From IMG/VR virus record IMGVR_UViG_3300034062_004993: 64,000 nt of DNA, one strand, 5' to 3'. The notes under the pieces were generated by a model, which saw only the letters and a program-made list of their open reading frames with translations, did no database searches and had not been told where the DNA came from. The number at the start of each line of letters is the position of its first letter. The stretch's first letter is position 1. Origin of the DNA: an uncultured virus (IMG/VR IMGVR_UViG_3300034062_004993). Its lineage: Duplodnaviria > Heunggongvirae > Uroviricota > Caudoviricetes. The position numbers and the translations under genes are program-made. This document shows, one piece after another, positions 9,880 to 19,913 of this stretch.

Positions 9880-12800
9880 TTAGACTCCCTTAATATAACA
9901 GGGAATTAAAACAATATCCCCACCTGCAGCTCCTAATTTTATTTCTATCCAATAATCCGGTTCTGTAAGATATTTACTTGTATTACCCGATTGTCCTATC
10001 GCAGTATCTGGCGTTCCGTTTTGTTCTGTTGGGGAGGCTGAAAATTGAGTAGCATCAATTCTAATATATTTACTACTTGCTGGGTCGGATGATAAATGTA
10101 TCCATTCTGATGCAGTTCCTGTTTGAATTCCAACATTATCCCCTGCTACTATTTTAGTATTACTACTTCTAACAATTTCAAATAATTGAGAAGGAGTGTT
10201 TGTTCCAATACCCACTCTACCACTACCCGTAACAAATAGGGTATTTGCTAAGGTAGGTGAACCCACATGAAGTAATCCATCTACTGCTGCTCCACTAACA
10301 TATAATCGGGCTGATGGATTAGTTAGGCCTATACCCACATTTCCACTTGAACTAATGTGCATTCTAACTGTACCATTTGTCTCAAATTGTAGGTTTTGAT
10401 TATCATTTGTACCTAAAAGAGCAGTTGCACCAAATGAATTACCATTTTGGAGGAAAGCACCGTTTAAGAATGAAGCCGTTAGTGCATTTGTTGCCCAACT
10501 TGATGTTATATTATAAGTACCTGTTGGTAAGAATGATGCGGTTTGAGCGTTTTGGGCCCAAGAGGATGTTCCAAATAAAGAGCCTGTAAATGAAGTTGCG
10601 GTTACACCACCTGCTACTTCTAAACGATTTGTAGGGGAACTTGTTCCAATACCAACATTACCACTACCACTTGCTAACACCATTATGTCAGTCCAAGTAA
10701 TATTATTACCAGTAGTTCCTGCTCCAGCATATCTAAATCTCATTTGGTTATTACCACCCATATCTATTGCCCAGGCAGTATCATTACCTGCATATCTCCA
10801 AGCTGCTGATTGAGATGGAATTGCATTATACATTATTTGGGGATATGCGGTTGCTGAAGCACCAACATAAATTCTTCCAGGTAAAATAGCATGAACACCA
10901 TTAAAGCTACTTCCGGCTGCATCTAATGAAGAACTTCCGTTGCTTACTGTCGATATCTGTAATTTTGCTGTTGGGGTTGTTGTACCTATACCCACATTAC
11001 CACTTGAACTAACATAAAGATGTGATGTATTGAATGCTGATGTGCCATCATTTAATATGGTTAAAGATGCTGATGCGTTACTGTTTTCTACCCTTAATGC
11101 GGTTGTTGCAGAAGTTGCCCCACTGCCTTTTATTTCTAGTTTTGCAGATGGTGAGCTTTCTCCGATTCCTACAAAGCCAGTAGAACCTACAATTCTCATT
11201 ATTTCGGGTTGTGTTATTGCTCCGGCATAAAATGATAAATCATTTGTTCCAAAAACACCACCAGCATCTGATAACATATACGCTGAGGTGTGTCCAAAAC
11301 TTGAGCTTGGAACTCCTGCTCCCGTATTGCTGTATCGTATGAAGGGACTAAAACTACCTAAATTATTACCGCCAATTGCAAATCCTGAATTGATATTTAC
11401 ATTACCGCCCGCAACAGTTAGGGTTGATAATGGGGTTGTTGTTCCTAACCCCAGTCTACTATTGCTTTCATCTAAATAAACAAGCGAAGATGTAACAGGC
11501 TGTCCATTACTCCTTCCTACCATTACTCTACCAATTTCCCAATTGGGTAAATCATTAAACCAATTCGGTCCTTGAATTACAGTAGAACCATTTGATGCGT
11601 TTACTTTTTCTACATTTCCTATTTTTTGAATAAAAGCAGAACCAGTTGGTTTTATATTTGTATAACCCCCACCAACAGCAATATAAACATTATCACCGGA
11701 ATTAAAAGCTGATGTATCTAAGTTACTTATATACCCAGATAAGTAAATATTTCCTTCACTTCCTGCTGTTATTTGTTCTCCCGCAACACCACCAGCTGGC
11801 ATCCTATTGGGATTTGAAGCATCTGCGGGTAAAATACCTACTATGTTACCCGATGTGCCTGAACTTGTAAAGTATAAGGGTGTTCCTTTTTGGATTGTAG
11901 AAACTCCGACATTTTTACCAGTTATAATAACATTTTCTGCAAAATTATCTCTCCACTCCACACCCGTAGATGTTGTGAATAAAATTTGGTCAGCTGTCCC
12001 CGCAGTTCCTAAATTATCGTATAACGGCCCTTTTAGTGAAAGAGAACCTGTTGTATTGATACTACCCGTAAATGTATGGGTATCATCTAAGCTATTACCA
12101 AATTGAGTTGAGCCTGATTGATATATAATACTTGCCGAAACAAATTCGGTATGAAACTCTTCCGCGGTTATTCTTCCCGTTACTATTACATTTCCATCAA
12201 CATATAATTTTTCGGTTGGGTTTGATGTACCTATTCCTACATTCCCTGTGCTTGTGATGCGCATGCGTTCAGTAACTGTTGAACTAGGATAGTTGTAAAA
12301 TATAAAATCACTTGTTGCGTATAAAATAGTCGAGCCCCCTTGAAATACTGAACCAATTTGGGCGTTGTTAGATGTGTCAAATTTTAATAAAGCTAAACTT
12401 GAACCCCCTGTATTTTTGCTAAGGAAACTTCTGTTATTTTCGATTAATATATCACCGTCAATAACATGCAACTTAGCACTTGGTGAAGTTGTTCCTATAC
12501 CTACATTACCACTTGCACTTATAAAGAAATATTCAGCACCTGTAGTACTTTGTACTCTCATTAGATTGTCGGTAGCAACAGTTCCACTTATGTGTAATGA
12601 TGCGGTTGGAAACCTCGTTCCAATTCCCATTCTTGCAGAACCTACCGTTGTTCCTACTGAGTCAATTGTTACAACGGCATCTGTAAGTGCGGTTGCTGAT
12701 GTAGAACTATTATTATTTAATAAAAAGTGTATTTTACCACTTGCGTTTGTGCCCCCACCGTGGGTTTCCGTGCGCTCAAAAACAAGTGCGGATTTTCTAT

Positions 12801-13311
12801 ATGAAGTATTGGCTTGTTCTACATAACCAAATGATATTCCTGAAAAACTATTATTGGAAAATTGGGCTCCAAAACTTGCTGCTATACCACTTACTCCCCC
12901 ATTATACACGTCAAATAATCTTTGTGGAGTTTCCGTTCCTACACCAACTCTACCACTTGAACTAATTACCAATTGTCCTTGAGTTCCGTTTGCACCAAGT
13001 CGTAATCTATTTCCAGAAGTAGCATATATTGATGCAAAGCCGGTATCCCAAGTTAATACACCATACGATGTTTGAGAAGAACCAACACCCCAATTAGAAA
13101 CACCACTACCATCAGTCCAAAATCCATTATTCCTAAAACTACCATTTACATCCAATTTAAAACCAGGTGTTCCTGTTCCAATTCCTACATTTCCACTACC
13201 ACTTACAAATAGAATATTGGTGTTAGATGGCGAACTAACTCTAAGCAGATTAGCATTCGATGAACCTGTTATAGTAACATCATCTTTTATTGTGGGAGAA
13301 AATATATCCAT
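9880..13311 (-). CDS. Long fibre / adhesin-like protein with GNVGIGT repeats
   Basis: 1143 aa, S/G/T-rich, about a dozen G(N/R)VGIGT-type repeats. Confidence 0.8.
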   Translation of the reverse strand: MDIFSPTIKDDVTITGSSNANLLRVSSPSNTNILFVSGSGNVGIGTGTPGFKLDVNGSFRNNGFWTDGSGVSNWGVGSSQTSYGVLTWDTGFASIYATSGNRLRLGANGTQGQLVISSSGRVGVGTETPQRLFDVYNGGVSGIAASFGAQFSNNSFSGISFGYVEQANTSYRKSALVFERTETHGGGTNASGKIHFLLNNNSSTSATALTDAVVTIDSVGTTVGSARMGIGTRFPTASLHISGTVATDNLMRVQSTTGAEYFFISASGNVGIGTTSPSAKLHVIDGDILIENNRSFLSKNTGGSSLALLKFDTSNNAQIGSVFQGGSTILYATSDFIFYNYPSSTVTERMRITSTGNVGIGTSNPTEKLYVDGNVIVTGRITAEEFHTEFVSASIIYQSGSTQFGNSLDDTHTFTGSINTTGSLSLKGPLYDNLGTAGTADQILFTTSTGVEWRDNFAENVIITGKNVGVSTIQKGTPLYFTSSGTSGNIVGILPADASNPNRMPAGGVAGEQITAGSEGNIYLSGYISNLDTSAFNSGDNVYIAVGGGYTNIKPTGSAFIQKIGNVEKVNASNGSTVIQGPNWFNDLPNWEIGRVMVGRSNGQPVTSSLVYLDESNSRLGLGTTTPLSTLTVAGGNVNINSGFAIGGNNLGSFSPFIRYSNTGAGVPSSSFGHTSAYMLSDAGGVFGTNDLSFYAGAITQPEIMRIVGSTGFVGIGESSPSAKLEIKGSGATSATTALRVENSNASASLTILNDGTSAFNTSHLYVSSSGNVGIGTTTPTAKLQISTVSNGSSSLDAAGSSFNGVHAILPGRIYVGASATAYPQIMYNAIPSQSAAWRYAGNDTAWAIDMGGNNQMRFRYAGAGTTGNNITWTDIMVLASGSGNVGIGTSSPTNRLEVAGGVTATSFTGSLFGTSSWAQNAQTASFLPTGTYNITSSWATNALTASFLNGAFLQNGNSFGATALLGTNDNQNLQFETNGTVRMHISSSGNVGIGLTNPSARLYVSGAAVDGLLHVGSPTLANTLFVTGSGRVGIGTNTPSQLFEIVRSSNTKIVAGDNVGIQTGTASEWIHLSSDPASSKYIRIDATQFSASPTEQNGTPDTAIGQSGNTSKYLTEPDYWIEIKLGAAGGDIVLIPCYIKGV

Positions 13312-13314
13312 CTA

Positions 13315-16125
13315 TTAATAAAATATTAAACTTCTAAAGAAAGGTGTATCATTACTTCTCATATAATATAGGTAATTCAACCCACCATCCTCACTTTGCT
13401 TAATAACCATTCTTTGACATTGTCTTGCAGTTGAGTTACCTGCTGGTAATGTTGAAGCACCATTTTCCATAATGTCCCTATCAGTATCTATGTAAATAAA
13501 TTGAGCTGATATGTTGGGTTGAATATAAATTCTATTAGCACCATCGTAACTGATAGTAGTACCATCGGTTAAGTTAAAGTTGGTTGAGTGATGCCAAGGT
13601 GGTATAAATGGATACTCATACATCATCGTTGCTATATTATACTTAACAAATCTTAATGTTGAGTTGGCTTCAAAACAATAAATGTATTTACCTAATGAGT
13701 TGGATGGTGTTAAGTTACTACCACTTTCTCTACCATAAATCCATTTCATATCAGCGCCGCCAGCACCTGATGTGGTTGATGTAGTATTTCTTCTACCTGT
13801 TGGTAATATCGAATACACAGTTGTTGTATCAGGAGTTGCAGTAGTACCATTGGCGGTATTGGTTGTTCCAAATGTTATAGTATTGTTTGTGTTGGATGAA
13901 ATTGTTGCTTCTTGCCCTACACCTGTTCCTGCTATAAATCTAACCTGCGAACCCACCCAAAAATTAGTAGGCCAGTTTTTAGTTGTATCTACTAATGTTG
14001 AAGTAGTACCACCTGTCGCTGAACCAAATCCCCGAGATGATGATAATTCAACTGATAAAGTTACATTTCCAGCAGTTGCTGTTGCATTAGCCGAAATTGA
14101 AGCTGTTATGAATAATCCGTTTGAACTTGTTTCATAAGAACGTAAAAATGTTCCTGCTGCTATTCCACTACCCGTAATAGGAGCACCGACTGGAATTGCT
14201 TGAATTGTCGCTAATTGAGATGATGCGGTTAAAAATATTAAATTTGAAGCGTTTACGGTACTTGCTACTGGGTAAAAACTTGCTGTTCCTGTGGTGATAC
14301 TGGTATCTAAACCATAACTTGCTCCAAAAGCTTGAGGACTTAATATATTGTATCCCCAAACCGCGGTATTACCTGTTAAAGTAGTAGCAGAAGCCATAGC
14401 TGTTGCTAAGGTTAATGACTGTGAAGTATTTGCTGTAATTCTTGAATAGTTTGTAGTAGGACCTGTTGGCGAGCTACTCCATACTTGAAGAACACTACCT
14501 ACCCATTGATTAGCAACCCAGTTTTTAGATGTATCAAATAATAATGTAGTAGTATGGGTGTTAAATCCAGCGTTTGCGGCTGGAGTACTTGCCATACCAT
14601 AAGTAAACTGAGTAGGCTGTGTAGCACCTGTTAAAGTCGCTGATAACGGATATGAAGATGTTGCTATAAATGTTCCGTTATAAATTGAAGCATCTGAACC
14701 CGTTGCTCCCGTAATTGTAATTCTATCACCGGTCTCAAACGGATGCCCAGTAATAGTTGTTACAGTTGCTATATTACCCGTTCTTGTAATTGCTGAAATT
14801 GGTATTTGGAAACTAAAAGATGACGAATACCTAACCGATGCTACACTAGCTACCCCATCTTCTAATCTTTGTGAAGGATAAAATGAATTATTTAAGTTCG
14901 AGAATTGTCCCATAGTAGCAAAATTACCACCACTTAAATATGATTTATCATCATCTGCTATTACTTCGTATTGGTCACTAGCGGCCGGTGTTATATCTAA
15001 TGGAGCTGCAAATTCAAGAGTATTTGTAGTATTTGAGGTAATCATCCTCTCTAATCCCGTTGTTTTATTTTTAAATCTATAATTCCTCCATTGATTTATA
15101 CTCCAGTTTTGCGAAGTATCAACTGATGAAGTTGGTGAACCACTTGTTACGCTACCAGTAGTAAATATCGGAGTTAAATCGGCTGAAATTGGTTCATATT
15201 GTAGTTGAGTTGCAGCTAAATAGTTTGGCATTACGCCTGTTTGTGTGTGTAATGGAAACCAGGTAGCATATAAAGGATCATATCTATATGCTAAAAAGAA
15301 AGCGTTTGTTGAAATATTTTGAACACTTACTAATGAACCACAATTGATTTCAAATCTCGAACTTTTATCTAAATTAGTTGTCCAAGGTGAATTAACTGTA
15401 ATTGTACTTCTTTGAATCACGCATCGAGTAGCAGTACCTACAGCGATAGGATTTGAATCATATACATGATTATATGCTTGATTTGGGTCAGTCACATGCC
15501 ATTCTGCGTTAGCAAAAAATAATGTATCGTTGTTATTGTATAATACTCTTCTTACAAAATATTGTTGCGAAGTACCTAAATATGCTCTAACCTGATATCC
15601 TCTCCATTGATTTACCACCCATTTTTTAGTTGTATCGGTTATAGAAGTTACACCAGTAGATGTGTTTGTATATGTTGCGGTTGGAGTTAAATATTCTATA
15701 TTTTCAGGTTGAGTACATCCAGTAATTGTTCTTTCTTGTCCTCTACCTAAACCCGCTATTACTTTAATTTTAAGTCCTATTACCGCACTTTCGTTGATAA
15801 ATCCGCCTTGAGCGGTTGAACTACCGCTTGTGCCAACTATAAAATTACCATAATGTCCTTGACTTAAATCCCAACCACCACCAATTGTTGAAGCTGGGGA
15901 GTTTGGTAGTAAAGCTCCAAGTGTACTCCATGAATCACCAAAAGTATCGTATTGATACATTGTTGTAGCACTAGTGCTAAAAATATATCTATTCCATCTG
16001 CTTGAAGTAGCTGCGGTTGGAAAATTGTAAAGTGTTGTGCCTATTGTAGATGTGAAGGGTGAATATCTCATCCATTCCCATACAGGTTGGTCTACTAATT
16101 TAACTAATCGTTTTGTAAGTGCCAT
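13315..16125 (-). CDS. Large beta-rich virion protein, possible receptor-binding protein
   Basis: 936 aa; Kelch-like YQYDTFGDSW at the N-terminus; four DTxxxWxxNxW repeats. Confidence 0.65.
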   Translation of the reverse strand: MALTKRLVKLVDQPVWEWMRYSPFTSTIGTTLYNFPTAATSSRWNRYIFSTSATTMYQYDTFGDSWSTLGALLPNSPASTIGGGWDLSQGHYGNFIVGTSGSSTAQGGFINESAVIGLKIKVIAGLGRGQERTITGCTQPENIEYLTPTATYTNTSTGVTSITDTTKKWVVNQWRGYQVRAYLGTSQQYFVRRVLYNNNDTLFFANAEWHVTDPNQAYNHVYDSNPIAVGTATRCVIQRSTITVNSPWTTNLDKSSRFEINCGSLVSVQNISTNAFFLAYRYDPLYATWFPLHTQTGVMPNYLAATQLQYEPISADLTPIFTTGSVTSGSPTSSVDTSQNWSINQWRNYRFKNKTTGLERMITSNTTNTLEFAAPLDITPAASDQYEVIADDDKSYLSGGNFATMGQFSNLNNSFYPSQRLEDGVASVASVRYSSSFSFQIPISAITRTGNIATVTTITGHPFETGDRITITGATGSDASIYNGTFIATSSYPLSATLTGATQPTQFTYGMASTPAANAGFNTHTTTLLFDTSKNWVANQWVGSVLQVWSSSPTGPTTNYSRITANTSQSLTLATAMASATTLTGNTAVWGYNILSPQAFGASYGLDTSITTGTASFYPVASTVNASNLIFLTASSQLATIQAIPVGAPITGSGIAAGTFLRSYETSSNGLFITASISANATATAGNVTLSVELSSSRGFGSATGGTTSTLVDTTKNWPTNFWVGSQVRFIAGTGVGQEATISSNTNNTITFGTTNTANGTTATPDTTTVYSILPTGRRNTTSTTSGAGGADMKWIYGRESGSNLTPSNSLGKYIYCFEANSTLRFVKYNIATMMYEYPFIPPWHHSTNFNLTDGTTISYDGANRIYIQPNISAQFIYIDTDRDIMENGASTLPAGNSTARQCQRMVIKQSEDGGLNYLYYMRSNDTPFFRSLIFY

Positions 16126-16136
16126 AATTTTTTATT

Positions 16137-16655
16137 TTAATTAAATTCCATTGAGTTTCTAAGTGCTGAGTATGCGATTCTTGATTGGAGGTTGAAAACA
16201 GATTCTGCTGCAACTATTGTTGTACTCCCAGCCGGCCCATTTAGATATGTATCAATTCGTGTAATCATAGTTCCCGAACTTGCTGCCATATCAATTTGTT
16301 GCCTACCAGCTGAATCCTGTCTTGATATAGGCTCTAATAACTTAACCATTCTACCTAACAATGCGGTTTGGTCTTGTAGGTATTGCAGGGATTCTTCTGA
16401 TGCAGGTGTTAATTGATTTTCTATAAAAATTTGTAATCTATCAGTATTACTCATAGATGTTGTATTGTAATTCAATGTCAATACATTATTGGTAATAGTT
16501 CCGCCCAAATTAGGGTCTGCAAAATTATAAATAATTAAATTATCAGTAACATTAGTTATTATAAGTAATCGTTCTAATGTTATAGTTTCGGTAGTATTAA
16601 ACGTAATTTGCTGTGTTGCAGCGTTGAATGTATAATCCTCAAATAATATTTTCAT
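16137..16655 (-). CDS. Hypothetical virion/fibre-associated protein
   Basis: 172 aa; LLIITNVTDNLIIYNFADP motif; within the fibre cluster. Confidence 0.6.
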   Translation of the reverse strand: MKILFEDYTFNAATQQITFNTTETITLERLLIITNVTDNLIIYNFADPNLGGTITNNVLTLNYNTTSMSNTDRLQIFIENQLTPASEESLQYLQDQTALLGRMVKLLEPISRQDSAGRQQIDMAASSGTMITRIDTYLNGPAGSTTIVAAESVFNLQSRIAYSALRNSMEFN

Positions 16656-16840
16656 GTTTTTTCTATTTTTATAACCCTACATAATTTTGGATAATATTCG
16701 TTATTAAATTTTTCAATACAATTATTTGCTTCCTCTTCGGTATTGTATTGAAAAACGGGGATATTACTTTCATCTACAACAGATGCCCATAAATTACTTC
16801 CTTCGTAATGTTGTATTTGTATTTCGTATTTAGTGTTCAT
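16652..16840 (-). CDS. Small hypothetical protein
   Basis: 62 aa; 4-nt overlap with the next gene; TATTTAT 4 nt upstream. Confidence 0.6.
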   Translation of the reverse strand: MNTKYEIQIQHYEGSNLWASVVDESNIPVFQYNTEEEANNCIEKFNNEYYPKLCRVIKIEKT

Positions 16841-16858
16841 ATGTATAAATATATATTT

Positions 16859-19800
16859 TTATAAAACAACGGCATATGCAAGCATTAAAGCAGTAGTGTT
16901 GGTTGGAAGAATACTTCCTACGGTTGCTGTTGCATAACCCGATTGCGATGTTGAAAATGTAATTACGGATTGATTATCGGAAGTTCCTGTTATAGAATCA
17001 GGTATCACTACCTCATAACTGCTGTTATATATAGTAATAACTGGGGTTCTAAAACTTAAATTGTGATTGAATGTCCAAGTAGTAGATGCTATGGATTGTG
17101 TAAATGTAGCAAAATTTTGGCCTAAAAAATAAGATGCGGTTTGGGCGGTTATTGCGTTTGAAGAACTAACTGCCCAAGATGATGTTCCAAAAAGTGAACC
17201 CGTAAATGATGTTGCAGTTACACCACCTACTACTTGTAATGTGTTTGTTGGTGTTCCTGTCCCAATACCTACATTTCCACTACCGCTAACATAAATTATA
17301 TTATTTACCGCAGGTGAGTCTATTTCAAGTAAGCCACTATTGGATGCTCCGCTGATATGAAGTGAAGCAGATGGTGAGGTGGTTTTAATACCTAAGTTAC
17401 CCGCGAAATAATTTTTATCTGTTCCTGCTTGATAGATTCCGTAAGCAGCGTTACTTTGAGTTCCGGCTGTTAAAGAATCAATGTAAAGACCATATGTATT
17501 TGTAATCGTTCCTACACTATTAATAAGTGGTTGAACTTTAACCCCATACATATTAGTTATTGTTTTATTGCTGGTTTGTGAATATATTTCTATTTCAAGT
17601 CCTATTGCGTTAGTAACATTACCACTACCTTCAATATTGACCCCACCTAAAAATCCAGCAACTGTATTTGCAGCACCGCTATTACCTGTTCTTCCTGAAG
17701 CATAAAATGCTCTTAATATATTTGATGTGCTTGTATTCCTATTTGTAGTAATAACATTTATGGCTCTGTGGTTAATAAAGGGCTGTGTTCCGGTTAGATA
17801 CAATTCACCACTAAGAAATCCATTTGTTTGTCCAACACTCGTTGTATTGTTAGTAAATGTTACTAATCCATCAGCAGATGCCTCTAATAAATAATATCTT
17901 TGTGAACTTGTAAAAGTATAATCTTCTCCTACAAATGTTCTAGCATCATCCCCAACTATTAATCCAGCAATTCCAGATGAATTTTCTACTCTCAATGTGT
18001 TTGTTGCGGATGTTGCACCTGTTCCTCTAATATTCATTTTAGCAGTACCACCGGTCATTCCGATATTCCAATATCTATTGGATGTTTCAATACGACCAGC
18101 CTCTCCACCATATGATGTAAATCCTAAATTAGCATATGAAGGTTCAAATAAACCTGCTATTGTACTGTTTGTTGCAAATGTCGGGTCTGCTGCCGTTCCA
18201 CCAGCCGCAATAACTCTATTAGATGTATATATAGTACCATTTGTACCACCTGATGCCGATACATGTAATTGGTATGTTGGGTTACTTGTCCCAATACCTA
18301 CATTTCCACTACCACTTACATAGATTATGTTATTTACCATAGGAGAGTCTATTTCAAATAGAACACTATTTGATGCTCCGCTGATATGTAATTGAGCGGA
18401 TGGGGATGTTGTACCTATACCTACATTACCTGATGCGGATATAAATACCCTCGTTGTTCCTCCTGTTTCTAATTGTAAGTTATTAGTATCGTTTGTACCA
18501 ATGGTCATTACTCCACCCAATGTATTTCCACCATTGAGTATTATTGCATTTGAACCATAGAATAGTCTATTAGAGTCATTTGTCCATAAATGAGTTGAAC
18601 TTGGGGCGGATGTTAGGTTAGAATTGTTAAAATCTATACCTTTATAGTTTAATAATGTTCTTCCACGTAATTGACCTAAACTTGTATATGTTTCTGCTAT
18701 ATATGAAGCACTACCGTGTGTAATTCCGCCATAATCATCATCTATTGTAATAATCCCCGCGCTCTGTGTAACTACCCCATGAAATATACTTCTTCCATAG
18801 ACATTAAACCCATCTATAGTAGTTGTAATAGCGGGAGTAGCCGCAGTATCTATTTTAACACCTCTAAAAGATGCCCCCATTCCACCATAAACTTCTATTA
18901 TATTTCTACGATTTGCAGTTAAAGGGCCTGTTCCATCACCAACTACAAATAAATTATTTATATCCGTTTTTGTTTCATTGTAATGACCAACTACCAATTG
19001 ACCTGAAGATGATGCAACAGTACCAATACCCATTACAACTGTTGCTGTTCCTCTTGCCCAAGAACCTGACCCTGCTGCAAACGAAGCTATACCATCTGCA
19101 TCGGTTTCTATACCAATACTGAATGCGGCCTGTCCACTTGCTGTTGTATTGATACCAGCGGCATGTGAAGCAACGCCTGAAGCAAGTGTTCCAATACCCT
19201 CTGCAATAGATGTATTACCTTGTGCAAGAGAAGAACTTCCTATTGCAAATGAACCTTCACCGGTAGCAGTAGTAGATTTACCAGCCGTAAACGAAGCGTT
19301 ACCTTCCGCTGAAGAACCACTTCCTACTGCGAATGAACCTGTACCCGTAGCGCGGTTGTTTATACCACCTTTTACAGCCGTATCCGAATTAATAGTGATT
19401 CCCGTGGCAGTACTGAATCCATCTTGGAATTGAATTGAACCATCGGAATCATCTATAACTAAAGAAACAACAGCTTCAGTTACAGTATAATCATAATATT
19501 CTTGAATAGATGAACTTAAATATCCAATTGAAAATTGGCGGGTTGATGCGCCTACAATAGAAGAACTATTAAATATAAAAGAACTATTTGATTGAGTAAC
19601 AATCGTAGTTGAAGTCCCAAAAGAAAATAAATTGGAAAAAAATAAATTATCAATTACATCATATGGTATATTTAAGGAACTGGTTGCAAGATAAAATGGG
19701 CTACTTAAAGATGATGAATCCAACCAAGTCAAACTTGCACTTGAAATTGTTGTATAATTACTTAATGCGGGTGTAAATGTTATACTTCCCGTAGATATGG

Positions 19801-19912
19801 CGGTAATTGTATGAATAGAACTTGTGGGAACAAAAAAGCTACCAGATTTTAGAAACTGATTATTTTTTGGTATTACTACTGCTACTTGTGAATTTGCTAC
19901 TGGTATTGGCAT
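16859..19912 (-). CDS. Fibre protein with YadA-head-like 14-aa repeats and GNVGIGT repeats
   Basis: ATGTGSFAVG / ATGEGSFAIG / ASGQAAFSIG repeats; C-terminal TWTFNHNL..PVITIY domain. Confidence 0.8.
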   Translation of the reverse strand: MPIPVANSQVAVVIPKNNQFLKSGSFFVPTSSIHTITAISTGSITFTPALSNYTTISSASLTWLDSSSLSSPFYLATSSLNIPYDVIDNLFFSNLFSFGTSTTIVTQSNSSFIFNSSSIVGASTRQFSIGYLSSSIQEYYDYTVTEAVVSLVIDDSDGSIQFQDGFSTATGITINSDTAVKGGINNRATGTGSFAVGSGSSAEGNASFTAGKSTTATGEGSFAIGSSSLAQGNTSIAEGIGTLASGVASHAAGINTTASGQAAFSIGIETDADGIASFAAGSGSWARGTATVVMGIGTVASSSGQLVVGHYNETKTDINNLFVVGDGTGPLTANRRNIIEVYGGMGASFRGVKIDTAATPAITTTIDGFNVYGRSIFHGVVTQSAGIITIDDDYGGITHGSASYIAETYTSLGQLRGRTLLNYKGIDFNNSNLTSAPSSTHLWTNDSNRLFYGSNAIILNGGNTLGGVMTIGTNDTNNLQLETGGTTRVFISASGNVGIGTTSPSAQLHISGASNSVLFEIDSPMVNNIIYVSGSGNVGIGTSNPTYQLHVSASGGTNGTIYTSNRVIAAGGTAADPTFATNSTIAGLFEPSYANLGFTSYGGEAGRIETSNRYWNIGMTGGTAKMNIRGTGATSATNTLRVENSSGIAGLIVGDDARTFVGEDYTFTSSQRYYLLEASADGLVTFTNNTTSVGQTNGFLSGELYLTGTQPFINHRAINVITTNRNTSTSNILRAFYASGRTGNSGAANTVAGFLGGVNIEGSGNVTNAIGLEIEIYSQTSNKTITNMYGVKVQPLINSVGTITNTYGLYIDSLTAGTQSNAAYGIYQAGTDKNYFAGNLGIKTTSPSASLHISGASNSGLLEIDSPAVNNIIYVSGSGNVGIGTGTPTNTLQVVGGVTATSFTGSLFGTSSWAVSSSNAITAQTASYFLGQNFATFTQSIASTTWTFNHNLSFRTPVITIYNSSYEVVIPDSITGTSDNQSVITFSTSQSGYATATVGSILPTNTTALMLAYAVVL

Positions 19913-19913
19913 T

